Shown here one piece after another: positions 1 through 7,457 of a stretch of DNA of 12,455 bases (position 1 is its first letter; every line of letters starts with the position of its first letter). Where the stretch lies: the NCBI GenBank assembly GCA_045046875.1, contig JASFYY010000155.1, positions 1 to 12,455 of the forward strand, written 5' to 3'. Under the pieces are notes generated by a model. It saw only the letters and a program-made list of their open reading frames with translations, did no database searches and was not told where the DNA came from. Source of the DNA: Verrucomicrobiota bacterium (GTDB lineage Bacteria; Verrucomicrobiota; Verrucomicrobiia; Verrucomicrobiales; DEV007). Position numbers and translations under genes: made by a program.

Positions 1-178
1 GGCAAGGCTTGGGCAAAAAGTTCGTTACTATCCACCCTTGAAATAAGCCCATCTCAATAACCTTTCCAAGCTAATTTCCACACAAAATCACAAAGCCCCT
101 TTTTTTCCATTCAACTAACCGAGAGTTGGCATCAAGCTTCTTCCCTCTGCTCCAGTCGAGTTTGCGCTTCCTTCTGTG

Positions 179-195
179 GTGTAATCGCATTACAC
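179..195. promoter_or_regulatory. Palindrome GTGTAAT-CGC-ATTACAC, possible transcription-factor operator
   Basis: Perfect 7-3-7 inverted repeat in non-coding DNA ~140 bp upstream of ORF 336. It loosely resembles LacI/GalR-type operators. Function is inferred. Confidence 0.3.
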
Positions 196-335
196 TTTGC
201 ACGCCTTGTTGTAACAGGGGCGGAGGATTGGGTAGGTGTTTTTATGGCTTGAGGCTTTGGGGTGTTCGATGATATTAGAATTGGACGTAGAGAGGTAGAG
301 TTGTTTAATCGGCTGAATTTGCGTTAATTAGTGCA

Positions 336-722
336 ATGAAAACGAAGCTAGGATCAATTTTGAGAGGGGTTTGGTATGCTCTTCTGCTGGGTGTCGTATT
401 TGTTGCCGGAGTAATTTTTGATGAGTATTTGCGTTCTCGGTATACGGTTTCGATTCCGGTTGATACTTCAAATATTACAGGAGTGAAGGTCGCTGCATCA
501 CGAAAGCCGGATTTCCTGTGGTTAGGAACGGCTTGGTGGATTGATACCGATTCACCCGTTGCATTTGAACTTGAGATTGATTCTTCTATTGTCGCGAAAG
601 TGCCCGCCGGAGCTCACAAGATTTTCTATAACCATGATTACAACAATCTGAGCGAATTTGATTTTCGATTTGACGGGGATCACCCTTCGTTAGTTTCCGC
701 TCAACGATCTTCTCATGAGTGA
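336..722 (+). CDS. Hypothetical protein with N-terminal membrane anchor (128 aa)
   Basis: ATG-TGA ORF with a hydrophobic segment (GVWYALLLGVVFVAGVIF) and no competing long ORF. More AT-rich than the downstream genes by eye. No family recognised. Confidence 0.6.
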   Translation: MKTKLGSILRGVWYALLLGVVFVAGVIFDEYLRSRYTVSIPVDTSNITGVKVAASRKPDFLWLGTAWWIDTDSPVAFELEIDSSIVAKVPAGAHKIFYNHDYNNLSEFDFRFDGDHPSLVSAQRSSHE

Positions 723-835
723 TGCTGTAGAGTCATCCGTCAGTTGCCAAAAAGTTGGATTGTTATGAAAATTTAAACACTTAGTAAGTAGGTTAATATT
801 GAGCCACGGATTATCAGTCCTTAATCGTTAGTTTC

Positions 836-1010
836 GCCCTTACAGGGCTTATGGGTATTTGATTGCTAACCCAGGGTTTCACCCTGGGCTGTCATAGGAT
901 TGGCCCTTTGGCCGTTAAGATTGGGATGTGTGGTAGATTTATACTTACATCATCTAGGTCATAGAGTAGACCACTTAGGTGGTTAAGATTGGATGGGGGT
1001 GGGTATTTTG
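836..1010. repeat. Degenerate REP-like cluster of short hairpins
   Basis: Hairpins GCCCT-TAC-AGGGC (836-848), CCCAGGGT-TTC-ACCCTGGG (870-888), GGCC-CTTT-GGCC (902-913) and ACCAC-TTAG-GTGGT (970-983). Direct repeats GTCATAG (891, 958) and GTTAAGATTGG (914, 982). Lies between convergent genes. Confidence 0.6.
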
Positions 1011-1140
1011 GGTTTAGGCCGAGGGGGTGAGTAATCGTGCCCGGAAATAGGCAGTGATGGGATAGGGGCAATCACGACGAAGTGAACGCAACTAGCGAGA
1101 GGCGACTCTCCTGACCTGCACCGATGAAAAGTGGCAGGCT

Positions 1141-2154
1141 TTATGGGGAGATCTGGTTATTTTCTCCTTGATCCCGAATCGCGCGGGTATGGGCGGGGGT
1201 GAAGGTGTTGTTGCGCAGGGTGTTGTGATTGGCGAAGTCGTGGTTGTCGAGGCTGCTGCCGAAGGGATAACCGTCATCGGCGTGACGGTAGGGACGGCGG
1301 CCTTGACGTGAGCCGATCCAGACTCCGTAGGACCACCAGCCGAGAGTGCGGGTGGCAAAATGGTTGTTGCTGATGATATTGTGGTGCGGCGGTTGGTGGC
1401 GCACGGTACCGCCTTCGCCACAGTTGCGGTAGAGATAAATAGCGCCGAAGGGGATGTGGTCAAAACGGTTAGCTGATAGGGTATTGTGGGCGGAGCCATC
1501 GATCGCGATGATTTCACGACTGGGGCGGATGTCGAAGGTGTTGTTGCGAATGGTGATGTGAGCGCTTTCGGCATCAAGGTAGAGGGCGACGGAACTGGAC
1601 AGCCCGGAGATGTGGCAGTTTTCGATGGTGACATGGGTGACGCCGGGCGCGATGTAGATGGGGATGCGGTGATCCGCTTCGATGTCAACATGACTGATGA
1701 GGATACGGGTTGGGGCAGCTGCCTGGGCTCGCTGGGTGTGACCTGTTTGATGTGAGGATTGGCGCACGGCTTTTGCCTCGCCGTTGCGGCCCATTCCCAT
1801 GATGCGGATGGAGCCGCGCAAGCGACCATTACGGATAATGATGTCGCTTGGGCGATCCCATGGGGATTGAGATGGGGAAGCGCGTTTTTTCGAACGGATG
1901 AGGATCTCGGTGAGTTTGCCTTGATTGAACCATTCACCCTGGCCGTCGAGCACGGTGTGGCTGGCGGCTTTGCCGATCAGTTCGATTTTTTCAAATTTGG
2001 AGGAGGAAGAAAATTTGTTTTTCAGCGTGGTGGAGAAAAAACATCGGGAGACGAGTTCCGGGCTTATCAGTAGGGCAGCGATCAGCGCGACGACAAAGAT
2101 CCAGCGACGCCAAGGGCGGGGGATTGCTTGGGGAGTTGCTTGGTTTTGGGTCAC
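1141..2154 (-). CDS. Right-handed parallel beta-helix (pectin lyase-like fold) protein with N-terminal membrane/signal segment
   Basis: Repeating beta-helix rungs (HVTIENCHI, HITIRNNTF, HNTLSANRF, HNIISNNHF, HNTLRNNTF) and a hydrophobic N-terminus (WIFVVALIAALLI). GTG start 27 bp after the DUF1501 stop. Confidence 0.75.
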   Translation of the reverse strand: MTQNQATPQAIPRPWRRWIFVVALIAALLISPELVSRCFFSTTLKNKFSSSSKFEKIELIGKAASHTVLDGQGEWFNQGKLTEILIRSKKRASPSQSPWDRPSDIIIRNGRLRGSIRIMGMGRNGEAKAVRQSSHQTGHTQRAQAAAPTRILISHVDIEADHRIPIYIAPGVTHVTIENCHISGLSSSVALYLDAESAHITIRNNTFDIRPSREIIAIDGSAHNTLSANRFDHIPFGAIYLYRNCGEGGTVRHQPPHHNIISNNHFATRTLGWWSYGVWIGSRQGRRPYRHADDGYPFGSSLDNHDFANHNTLRNNTFTPAHTRAIRDQGENNQISP

Positions 2155-2181
2155 GCGGGAGAGGTGGTAGAGAGCGAGGGT

Positions 2182-3609
2182 TCAGACCTTGTCGAGCAGC
2201 TCTTTGCGCACCTTGCCTTGGCCGAGATTGGTGACGTAGAAAGGGCGTTTTTCGATGTCGACGGAGTAGTCGGAGCGGATGCCCATCGCGCGGTAGATGG
2301 TGGCGTGCAGATCCATGACGCCGATGGCATTGCTGACCGTGGTGCAGGGGCGTTCATCTGCGGTTTCTCCGTAGAGCAGGCCTTGTTTTACTCCGCCGCC
2401 AAACATCAATACACTGCTGGCGGCAGTGAAATGACGGTGCATGCCATAGAATTTGAGATCCTGGATTTTGTCTTGCACTTTGGCTTGGGCGCGGACTTCC
2501 TTGCCGGGTTTGCCTTCGGTCATCATGTCGCGGCTGAACTCACTGGCCAACACCACCAGAGTGCGGTCGAGCAGGCCGCGTTTTTCCAGATCGAGGATCA
2601 GTTGGGTGATCGGGGCGTCGATCATTCTTTTCATTTGCTTGAGCCGGGTATGGCCATTGTCATGGGTGTCCCAACCTTTGAAGGGTTCGTAATCGGTAGA
2701 GACTTCAACAAAACGAGCGCCTTTTTCCACCAGTCGTCGAGCTAACAGGCATCCCTGGCCAAATTTTCCGGTATTGTAGATGTTGTAGGTGTTGCGGGGT
2801 TCTTTGCTCAGATCAAAAGCTTCTGCAGCCGGGCTGCTGAGCAAGCGGTAGGCTTTGTCGAGTGAGCTCAGGTAGGAGTCTTTTTGGAAATCACTGCCGT
2901 ATTCGGCCAGTGGGCTGGCGGCGAGCATGCGGCGCAGGGCTTTGTCCCGGTTTTGGAAACGGCCAAAGGTCATGCCGGCCGGAGGGCGGACCGATTTGAT
3001 CGCATCGGCAGGGTCGCTGATACGAAAAGGGCCGTGTTCGCTGCCGAGGCAACCGCCGGTGGAGAAGGCTTTTAATTCCTCGGCTTCACCGTTGCCGGCG
3101 TAACTTTGGCCAATCTCGATGAAAGAAGGCAGGGCTTCGTTGCGGGAGCCTAGAATGTGTGACATCCATGAGCCGAGGTGCGGAGCGGCGACGGTCAGGG
3201 GTGGTTTGTATCCGGTGTGCCAGTGATATTGATGGCGCGAGTGCAGGATGTGTCCCAGATCAGCTAAGACGTGGGAACGGATCAGGGTGCCACGATCCAT
3301 GATGCTGGCGATATTTTCCAGTCCCTGTGAAAGTTTGATAGAGTCAACCGCGCTGTCGATGGAGGGGAAGGTGGACAGCACACTCTTGGCTTCCACGCCT
3401 TTGGTGAAGGGGGTGTAGCGTTTGGGATCAAAGGTGTCGGTGTGGGCCATACCGCCGCCCATCCAAAGCAGGATCATGGAGTCGGCGCTGGGAGCGTAAC
3501 GAGCGAGTGGGGGGGCTGCGGTGCTCGGCCGGGGAGCACCGGCTGCCATCGCGGCGATGCTGGCGTTGCCCAGTGATTGTAAAAATTTTCGTCTTTTGAT
3601 CGGGTTCAT
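2182..3609 (-). CDS. DUF1501 domain protein (sulfatase-like fold), Tat-exported
   Basis: Tat motif KRRKFL. Family motifs LLWMGGGMAHTDTFDPK, FGQGCLLARRLVEKGARFVEV, GWDTH, LIxDLExRGLLDRTLV..SEFSR and DLHATI. Confidence 0.92.
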   Translation of the reverse strand: MNPIKRRKFLQSLGNASIAAMAAGAPRPSTAAPPLARYAPSADSMILLWMGGGMAHTDTFDPKRYTPFTKGVEAKSVLSTFPSIDSAVDSIKLSQGLENIASIMDRGTLIRSHVLADLGHILHSRHQYHWHTGYKPPLTVAAPHLGSWMSHILGSRNEALPSFIEIGQSYAGNGEAEELKAFSTGGCLGSEHGPFRISDPADAIKSVRPPAGMTFGRFQNRDKALRRMLAASPLAEYGSDFQKDSYLSSLDKAYRLLSSPAAEAFDLSKEPRNTYNIYNTGKFGQGCLLARRLVEKGARFVEVSTDYEPFKGWDTHDNGHTRLKQMKRMIDAPITQLILDLEKRGLLDRTLVVLASEFSRDMMTEGKPGKEVRAQAKVQDKIQDLKFYGMHRHFTAASSVLMFGGGVKQGLLYGETADERPCTTVSNAIGVMDLHATIYRAMGIRSDYSVDIEKRPFYVTNLGQGKVRKELLDKV

Positions 3610-3613
3610 GGTC

Positions 3614-5596
3614 TTAGTAGATCAATTCAAATTCGGGCAAAGCGAGCAGCACCCATAAATAATCGCTTAGTGCCTGTTCGGATGGAGTTGGGCCGGGTAA
3701 CATTTGTGTGGCGATGAGGCGTTCTTTTTGCGTGGGTTTCCGGCTCAGGACTTCGAGATGGATCTGGCTGATCAGATCCTGGGTTTTTAGTTTTTTAGCT
3801 AGCCAGTTTTTGGCTCCTTGACGCAGCAGGTCGTCGAAAGTTTTGCCGTTGGTGAGTTCGAGTGCTTGCAGAGTGGTGGCCAGGCCGTCGCGTTGAGTCA
3901 CGACTTGTTCACGTGCCGGGCGTCCGAGGATGCGCATGAAATCGTTTTCTTTGGCAGCTGAGGCGCGCATGGCTATTTCGATGGGGCTTTTCCCCTGATG
4001 AACGGCTTGCAGTTTTTTATCTTCAGCAATCAGGCGGCGCTGTATTTTGACCAACTCGGCGTACTGTCCGCCTTGGCCACGGAATTTTTTCTCTGGATCC
4101 TTATCCCTGGCGCTGGCTTGATTCCATGTGCCGGTGATTTTTCCTACTGCATCGAGCAATTGCTCGGCGGTCATGCGTCTGATATAAGGGCCGCGGAAAA
4201 CGTAGCTGTAATCATCGTCGCTGCTTTCTTTGAGATTCGGATTTCCGATCGCAGGCAGGGAGTAGGCGTGCGATGTGCAAATTCTGCGCATCAGGTGTTT
4301 CAGGTCATAGTGGTGTTGTTTGAAATCCTCGGCTAACCAGTTGAGGAGGTCTTCGTTCCATGAGGGATTGGCCATGAAGTCGATCGGTTCGACCAGTCCG
4401 TAAGCAAAGAAATTTTTCCACATCCGGTTCACCAGGGTGCGGGCAAAGAGGCCGTTTTTATCCGAGGTCAAAAGAGCTGCTGCCTGTTGCCGGCGCTCGG
4501 CCAGCGGGGCATTGGCTTTGATCGTGCCGAGCTCGGGGAAGAGCATCGCGGCTTGGGCTTTTCGTTTGGTCACGCGATTGCAATGTACCACTTGCAGGCT
4601 GCCGCTTGCTGAGAAAATGCTGGCGAAAGCATAAGCTTCGTCGAGCTTCCAACCGTCGATGAAGCTGTCGTGACAGGAGGCGCATTTCAGATTGGTGCCG
4701 AGAAATACCTGCGACACATTTTGCGCAGCTTGAATGACGGGGCGTTGACTGGCGTTGACCACTCCACGCCAGACGATGCCTTTGATGTAACCTTCCGCAC
4801 CGGGTGCTCCGGTGATGAGGTCGGTGGTGAACTGGTCGTAGCGTTTGTTGTCGAGCAGGGATTGGTAAAGCCAGCCGGTGATTTGCTGGCGGCCATTGTC
4901 GATGAAACCGGTGCCGTAATAACTGTTGCGCAGCAGGTCGTTCCAGAATGTTAACCAATGATCGGCGTAAGCGATTTTATCGGCTAATAAACGGTCGATC
5001 AATTGGCTGCGTTTGTCGGTGGCGGATTGATTGACGAAGTTTTCCACTTGCTCGGGATCGGGCAACAGTCCAGTGAGGTCGAGAGTGGCCCGGCGGATAA
5101 AAAGGGTATCGCTGCAGGCTTGCTTGCTCGGTAGATCGAGAAAGCGGTCGATGGGATTCTGCTGGGTTCCCGGGGGGAGTTTCACCGCTTGGTAAGCGGT
5201 TGTCGCTTTGCGGGCGTTGTTGAAGACAAAACCTTTTTTCCAGATCAAATCGCTATCGATCCATTGTTTGAACAGGGCGATTTCCTCTGCAGTCAAACGT
5301 TTGCCTTTGGGTGGCATCCATTGATCATCATCCTGACTGTTGAGCAAATCGAGCAGTAGATGGTTTTTGCCTTGTTTTGTTTTCTTGCCAACTTGAAGCA
5401 CTTTGCCATTGTCACTGCCGTGTAACAAAGTCTGACGGGAGTTCATCGAGAAACCACCTTTGGCAGCGTTACCTGTATGGCATTCTCCGCAGCGCCGTTC
5501 GATCAAATCCACGACACGGTCAAAAGGCTCGGCGGCGTGAGCTGGGTGAGCGATTACCGCGAGGACGAATATCAGGCTTGTCAGCAGGGGCTTCAT
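3614..5596 (-). CDS. Planctomycete cytochrome c + DUF1549 + DUF1553 (PSD1) protein
   Basis: Signal peptide, CxxCH motifs CGECH and CASCH, MPP..RLT.EEI.LF.QWI, FIRRATLDLTGLLP, VNRMW..FF..GLVEP, YDLKHLMRRICTSHAY, RRMTAEQLLDA. Start placed at ATG 5596 because GAGGA lies just upstream. Ends 4 bp before DUF1501, the usual pairing. Confidence 0.92.
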   Translation of the reverse strand: MKPLLTSLIFVLAVIAHPAHAAEPFDRVVDLIERRCGECHTGNAAKGGFSMNSRQTLLHGSDNGKVLQVGKKTKQGKNHLLLDLLNSQDDDQWMPPKGKRLTAEEIALFKQWIDSDLIWKKGFVFNNARKATTAYQAVKLPPGTQQNPIDRFLDLPSKQACSDTLFIRRATLDLTGLLPDPEQVENFVNQSATDKRSQLIDRLLADKIAYADHWLTFWNDLLRNSYYGTGFIDNGRQQITGWLYQSLLDNKRYDQFTTDLITGAPGAEGYIKGIVWRGVVNASQRPVIQAAQNVSQVFLGTNLKCASCHDSFIDGWKLDEAYAFASIFSASGSLQVVHCNRVTKRKAQAAMLFPELGTIKANAPLAERRQQAAALLTSDKNGLFARTLVNRMWKNFFAYGLVEPIDFMANPSWNEDLLNWLAEDFKQHHYDLKHLMRRICTSHAYSLPAIGNPNLKESSDDDYSYVFRGPYIRRMTAEQLLDAVGKITGTWNQASARDKDPEKKFRGQGGQYAELVKIQRRLIAEDKKLQAVHQGKSPIEIAMRASAAKENDFMRILGRPAREQVVTQRDGLATTLQALELTNGKTFDDLLRQGAKNWLAKKLKTQDLISQIHLEVLSRKPTQKERLIATQMLPGPTPSEQALSDYLWVLLALPEFELIY

Positions 5597-5682
5597 GTTA
5601 TTCCTCAAGTTACGGGATTCTGAGTGTTTTGCAGCGAAATTTCTAGCTTGCCTGAGAAAGGCTTTTTTGTCACGCTGAAAGC

Positions 5683-5919
5683 ATGAGTGAACCTGTGAGA
5701 GCGTCTGATGGTCCCTTGGCGGTGGAAGTCGAAGAGGGAAAAAGTTATTTTTGGTGTTCCTGTGGTCTGAGCAAGACCCAGCCTTTATGCGATGGGGGGC
5801 ATGCGGGCAGTGGATTCAGCCCTGTGAAGCATGAGGCAAAAAAGACCGGCACGGTGTATTTCTGCGGATGCAAAGCGACCAAAAATGCTCCCATGTGTGA
5901 CGGCAGTCACAGTGAGTAG
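5683..5919 (+). CDS. CDGSH iron-sulfur domain protein with two CDGSH motifs (MiNT/CISD3-like, 78 aa)
   Basis: WCSCGLSKTQPLCDGGH and FCGCKATKNAPMCDGSH both fit the C-x-C-x9-C-x3-H 3Cys-1His [2Fe-2S] motif. Confidence 0.93.
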   Translation: MSEPVRASDGPLAVEVEEGKSYFWCSCGLSKTQPLCDGGHAGSGFSPVKHEAKKTGTVYFCGCKATKNAPMCDGSHSE

Positions 5920-5924
5920 GGGGA
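5839..5924 (+). repeat. Direct repeat copy 1 (attL-like): 3' end of the intact CDGSH gene
   Basis: Ungapped match to 10463-10548 (offset 4624), 79/86 identical by manual alignment, with a 37-bp perfect core at 5869-5905. Confidence 0.95.
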
Positions 5925-6050
5925 CTTCGTTGTTGCGTAAAAATAAAAAAATGCACTATATCTGAACAGTTACTAGAAATTAGCCGTTCCGTTATTTGAT
6001 TCGCTCCATGGAGTTTTTCTTCATATTCTAATATTTATGTTAGCTTAGGC

Positions 6051-7019
6051 TTAGTGGTTCAGCGTCTGGCTCGGTAACTCACCAAATTGGCGTTGATAAT
6101 CACGGGCGAATTGCCCCATATGCCAAAATCCCCATTCGTTAGCAATATTAGCAATTGCCAATGATGCAGGGGCTGTAGTGCGTAAGTTTTTCCTTACCCG
6201 GTTGAGCCGATATGTTTGAAGGTAACCTTTGGGAGAAATGCCAAATTCATCGCGGAACGCATATTGCAACGAGCGTTGGCTCATGCCCACCATTTCGCCT
6301 AAATGGGAGATCGAGATGGGAAGGTGCCCAAATGCGGCAATCGCCTCGCGAGCTTTTTTTATTTGGTCGGTTCTGCTTTTCACTTGGCGGGGAATTGGAT
6401 TTCCCGTCGATTGGGCGATGACGTTGACGATAATGCGAGGAATCTCGATGAGCAGTTGCTCGTCCATCAACCCTTCGGTGAAATGCCTGGGATTTTCCTT
6501 TAAGCACTTGAAAAATAAATGACAAGCTGTCCTGAGATGATCGGATGCAGTAGGTGGTAATCTGATCACATCATTCAACTGCAATAAACGTAAAACCGAA
6601 GTTGCTTCATTTGCTCTGGCTGCTTTTTCCAACACCTGCTCGGTCATCGAAATGGTGAACACATCAAAACATGAATTTGAAATCGAATAGAATTCACCGT
6701 TGTAGGGGTTTATCAATAAATCATCTCTGCCCACATTTTTGCGGCGCCAGTTTAAGTTCAGTTCTTGCTGAGCAGGAATCACAAAAGTTAGCATGCCTAA
6801 TGGAGCGGCTCCTTGTTGCTCTAATTGGCGATTAAATCGAGCTCTAGCAATGTGAGCGTTGGGCATGATACAGTGCCATAATTCACCTTCAAATGCTCCT
6901 CGGCTTAATTGATCAAACTGAAGATCCCAACCTTTGGCAGCTTCTGAAAACGCATCAAAATCATCAAAATGTTCAGTGATGAAAAGGCGGGTATTGTCTA
7001 AAGATGAAGGATTTCCCAT
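6051..7019 (-). CDS. AraC/XylS-family transcriptional regulator, EutR-like
   Basis: C-terminal double HTH (SQRSLQYAFRDEFGISPKGYL..RLNRVR..IANEWGFWHMGQFARDYQRQFGELPSQTL). N-terminal WDLQFDQLSRGAFEG resembles EutR-type sensor domains. Confidence 0.92.
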   Translation of the reverse strand: MGNPSSLDNTRLFITEHFDDFDAFSEAAKGWDLQFDQLSRGAFEGELWHCIMPNAHIARARFNRQLEQQGAAPLGMLTFVIPAQQELNLNWRRKNVGRDDLLINPYNGEFYSISNSCFDVFTISMTEQVLEKAARANEATSVLRLLQLNDVIRLPPTASDHLRTACHLFFKCLKENPRHFTEGLMDEQLLIEIPRIIVNVIAQSTGNPIPRQVKSRTDQIKKAREAIAAFGHLPISISHLGEMVGMSQRSLQYAFRDEFGISPKGYLQTYRLNRVRKNLRTTAPASLAIANIANEWGFWHMGQFARDYQRQFGELPSQTLNH

Positions 7020-7041
7020 TTTTTGCGCTTTTTTGATGTTC

Positions 7042-7059
7042 TGATAAGGCGATTTATCA
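7042..7059. promoter_or_regulatory. Palindrome TGATAA-GGCGAT-TTATCA in the divergent promoter region
   Basis: 6-6-6 inverted repeat within the 110-bp AT-rich gap between araC and ORF 7130. Confidence 0.35.
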
Positions 7060-7129
7060 TAAAAGATGAATAAGGAACATGCAATTTGCGATGAATTGAC
7101 GTTTTACCTAAATCGATAATAATTCGGCC

Positions 7130-7423
7130 ATGAAAGAACAAAAAGACAAAAGATTTAATAAAATTAAGGTATGCTCAATTGCTTTAGCAAGTGGGGTGAC
7201 GTTTTTGATCACTGGATGTGTGGCGGCCGTCCCAGTACACCCTGCGCATTATTATCCAGCGACCTCTACTAGTCATGTGGTACATACATCGAGACCTGTG
7301 GGGTATAGAGCTCCCGCTGTAGTTCCTGTTGTAAGGCCAGTTGCTCCGGTTGCCAGAGCGGCGAGCCCGGTCGGCGTGCACGGCACGGCACGGCGTACAT
7401 CACGAAGAGTGGCTCGTCGTTAA
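7130..7423 (+). CDS. Small putative lipoprotein, Pro/His/Val-rich, with Arg-rich C-terminal tail (97 aa)
   Basis: Basic N-terminus, hydrophobic stretch and lipobox-like ITG-C. Ends SPVGVHGTARRTSRRVARR. First gene divergent from araC, 34 bp before the sulfatase start. Confidence 0.65.
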   Translation: MKEQKDKRFNKIKVCSIALASGVTFLITGCVAAVPVHPAHYYPATSTSHVVHTSRPVGYRAPAVVPVVRPVAPVARAASPVGVHGTARRTSRRVARR

Positions 7424-7457
7424 GAATTTTCCCTTTTATAAAATAAAATACAAAAAC

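Noticed and set aside
836..1010. CRISPR array or integron attC interpretation of the hairpin cluster
   Set aside because: There are no identical 23-47 bp repeats with regular spacers, no cas genes, and no clear RYYYAAC...GTTRRRY paired ends that I could identify.
1092..2745. Alternative ORFs 1092-1937(-), 1486-1755(+), 1759-2073(+), 1925-2170(+), 2128-2745(+), 2151-2357(-)
   Set aside because: Shadow frames of well-supported genes in GC-rich DNA, with Ser/Pro/Thr-biased or motif-less translations.
5650..5668. GCCT-GAGAA-AGGC-TTTTTT as a terminator
   Set aside because: Only a 4-bp stem, and it sits in a divergent promoter gap with no upstream plus-strand gene to terminate.
6018..6045. dif-like site: TTATGTTAGCT (6035-6045) resembles a XerD arm near the islet's left end
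   Set aside because: The matching XerC-arm position (TCTTCATATTC) does not fit, and the region is AT-rich enough for a chance match.
7042..7059. Fur box call for TGATAA-N6-TTATCA
   Set aside because: The spacing fits neither the 7-1-7 nor the 19-bp Fur consensus. Kept only as an unassigned palindrome.
7341..7457. N-terminal extension of the 612-aa sulfatase ORF from TTG 7341
   Set aside because: It overlaps ORF 7130-7423, and a clean signal peptide begins at ATG 7458.
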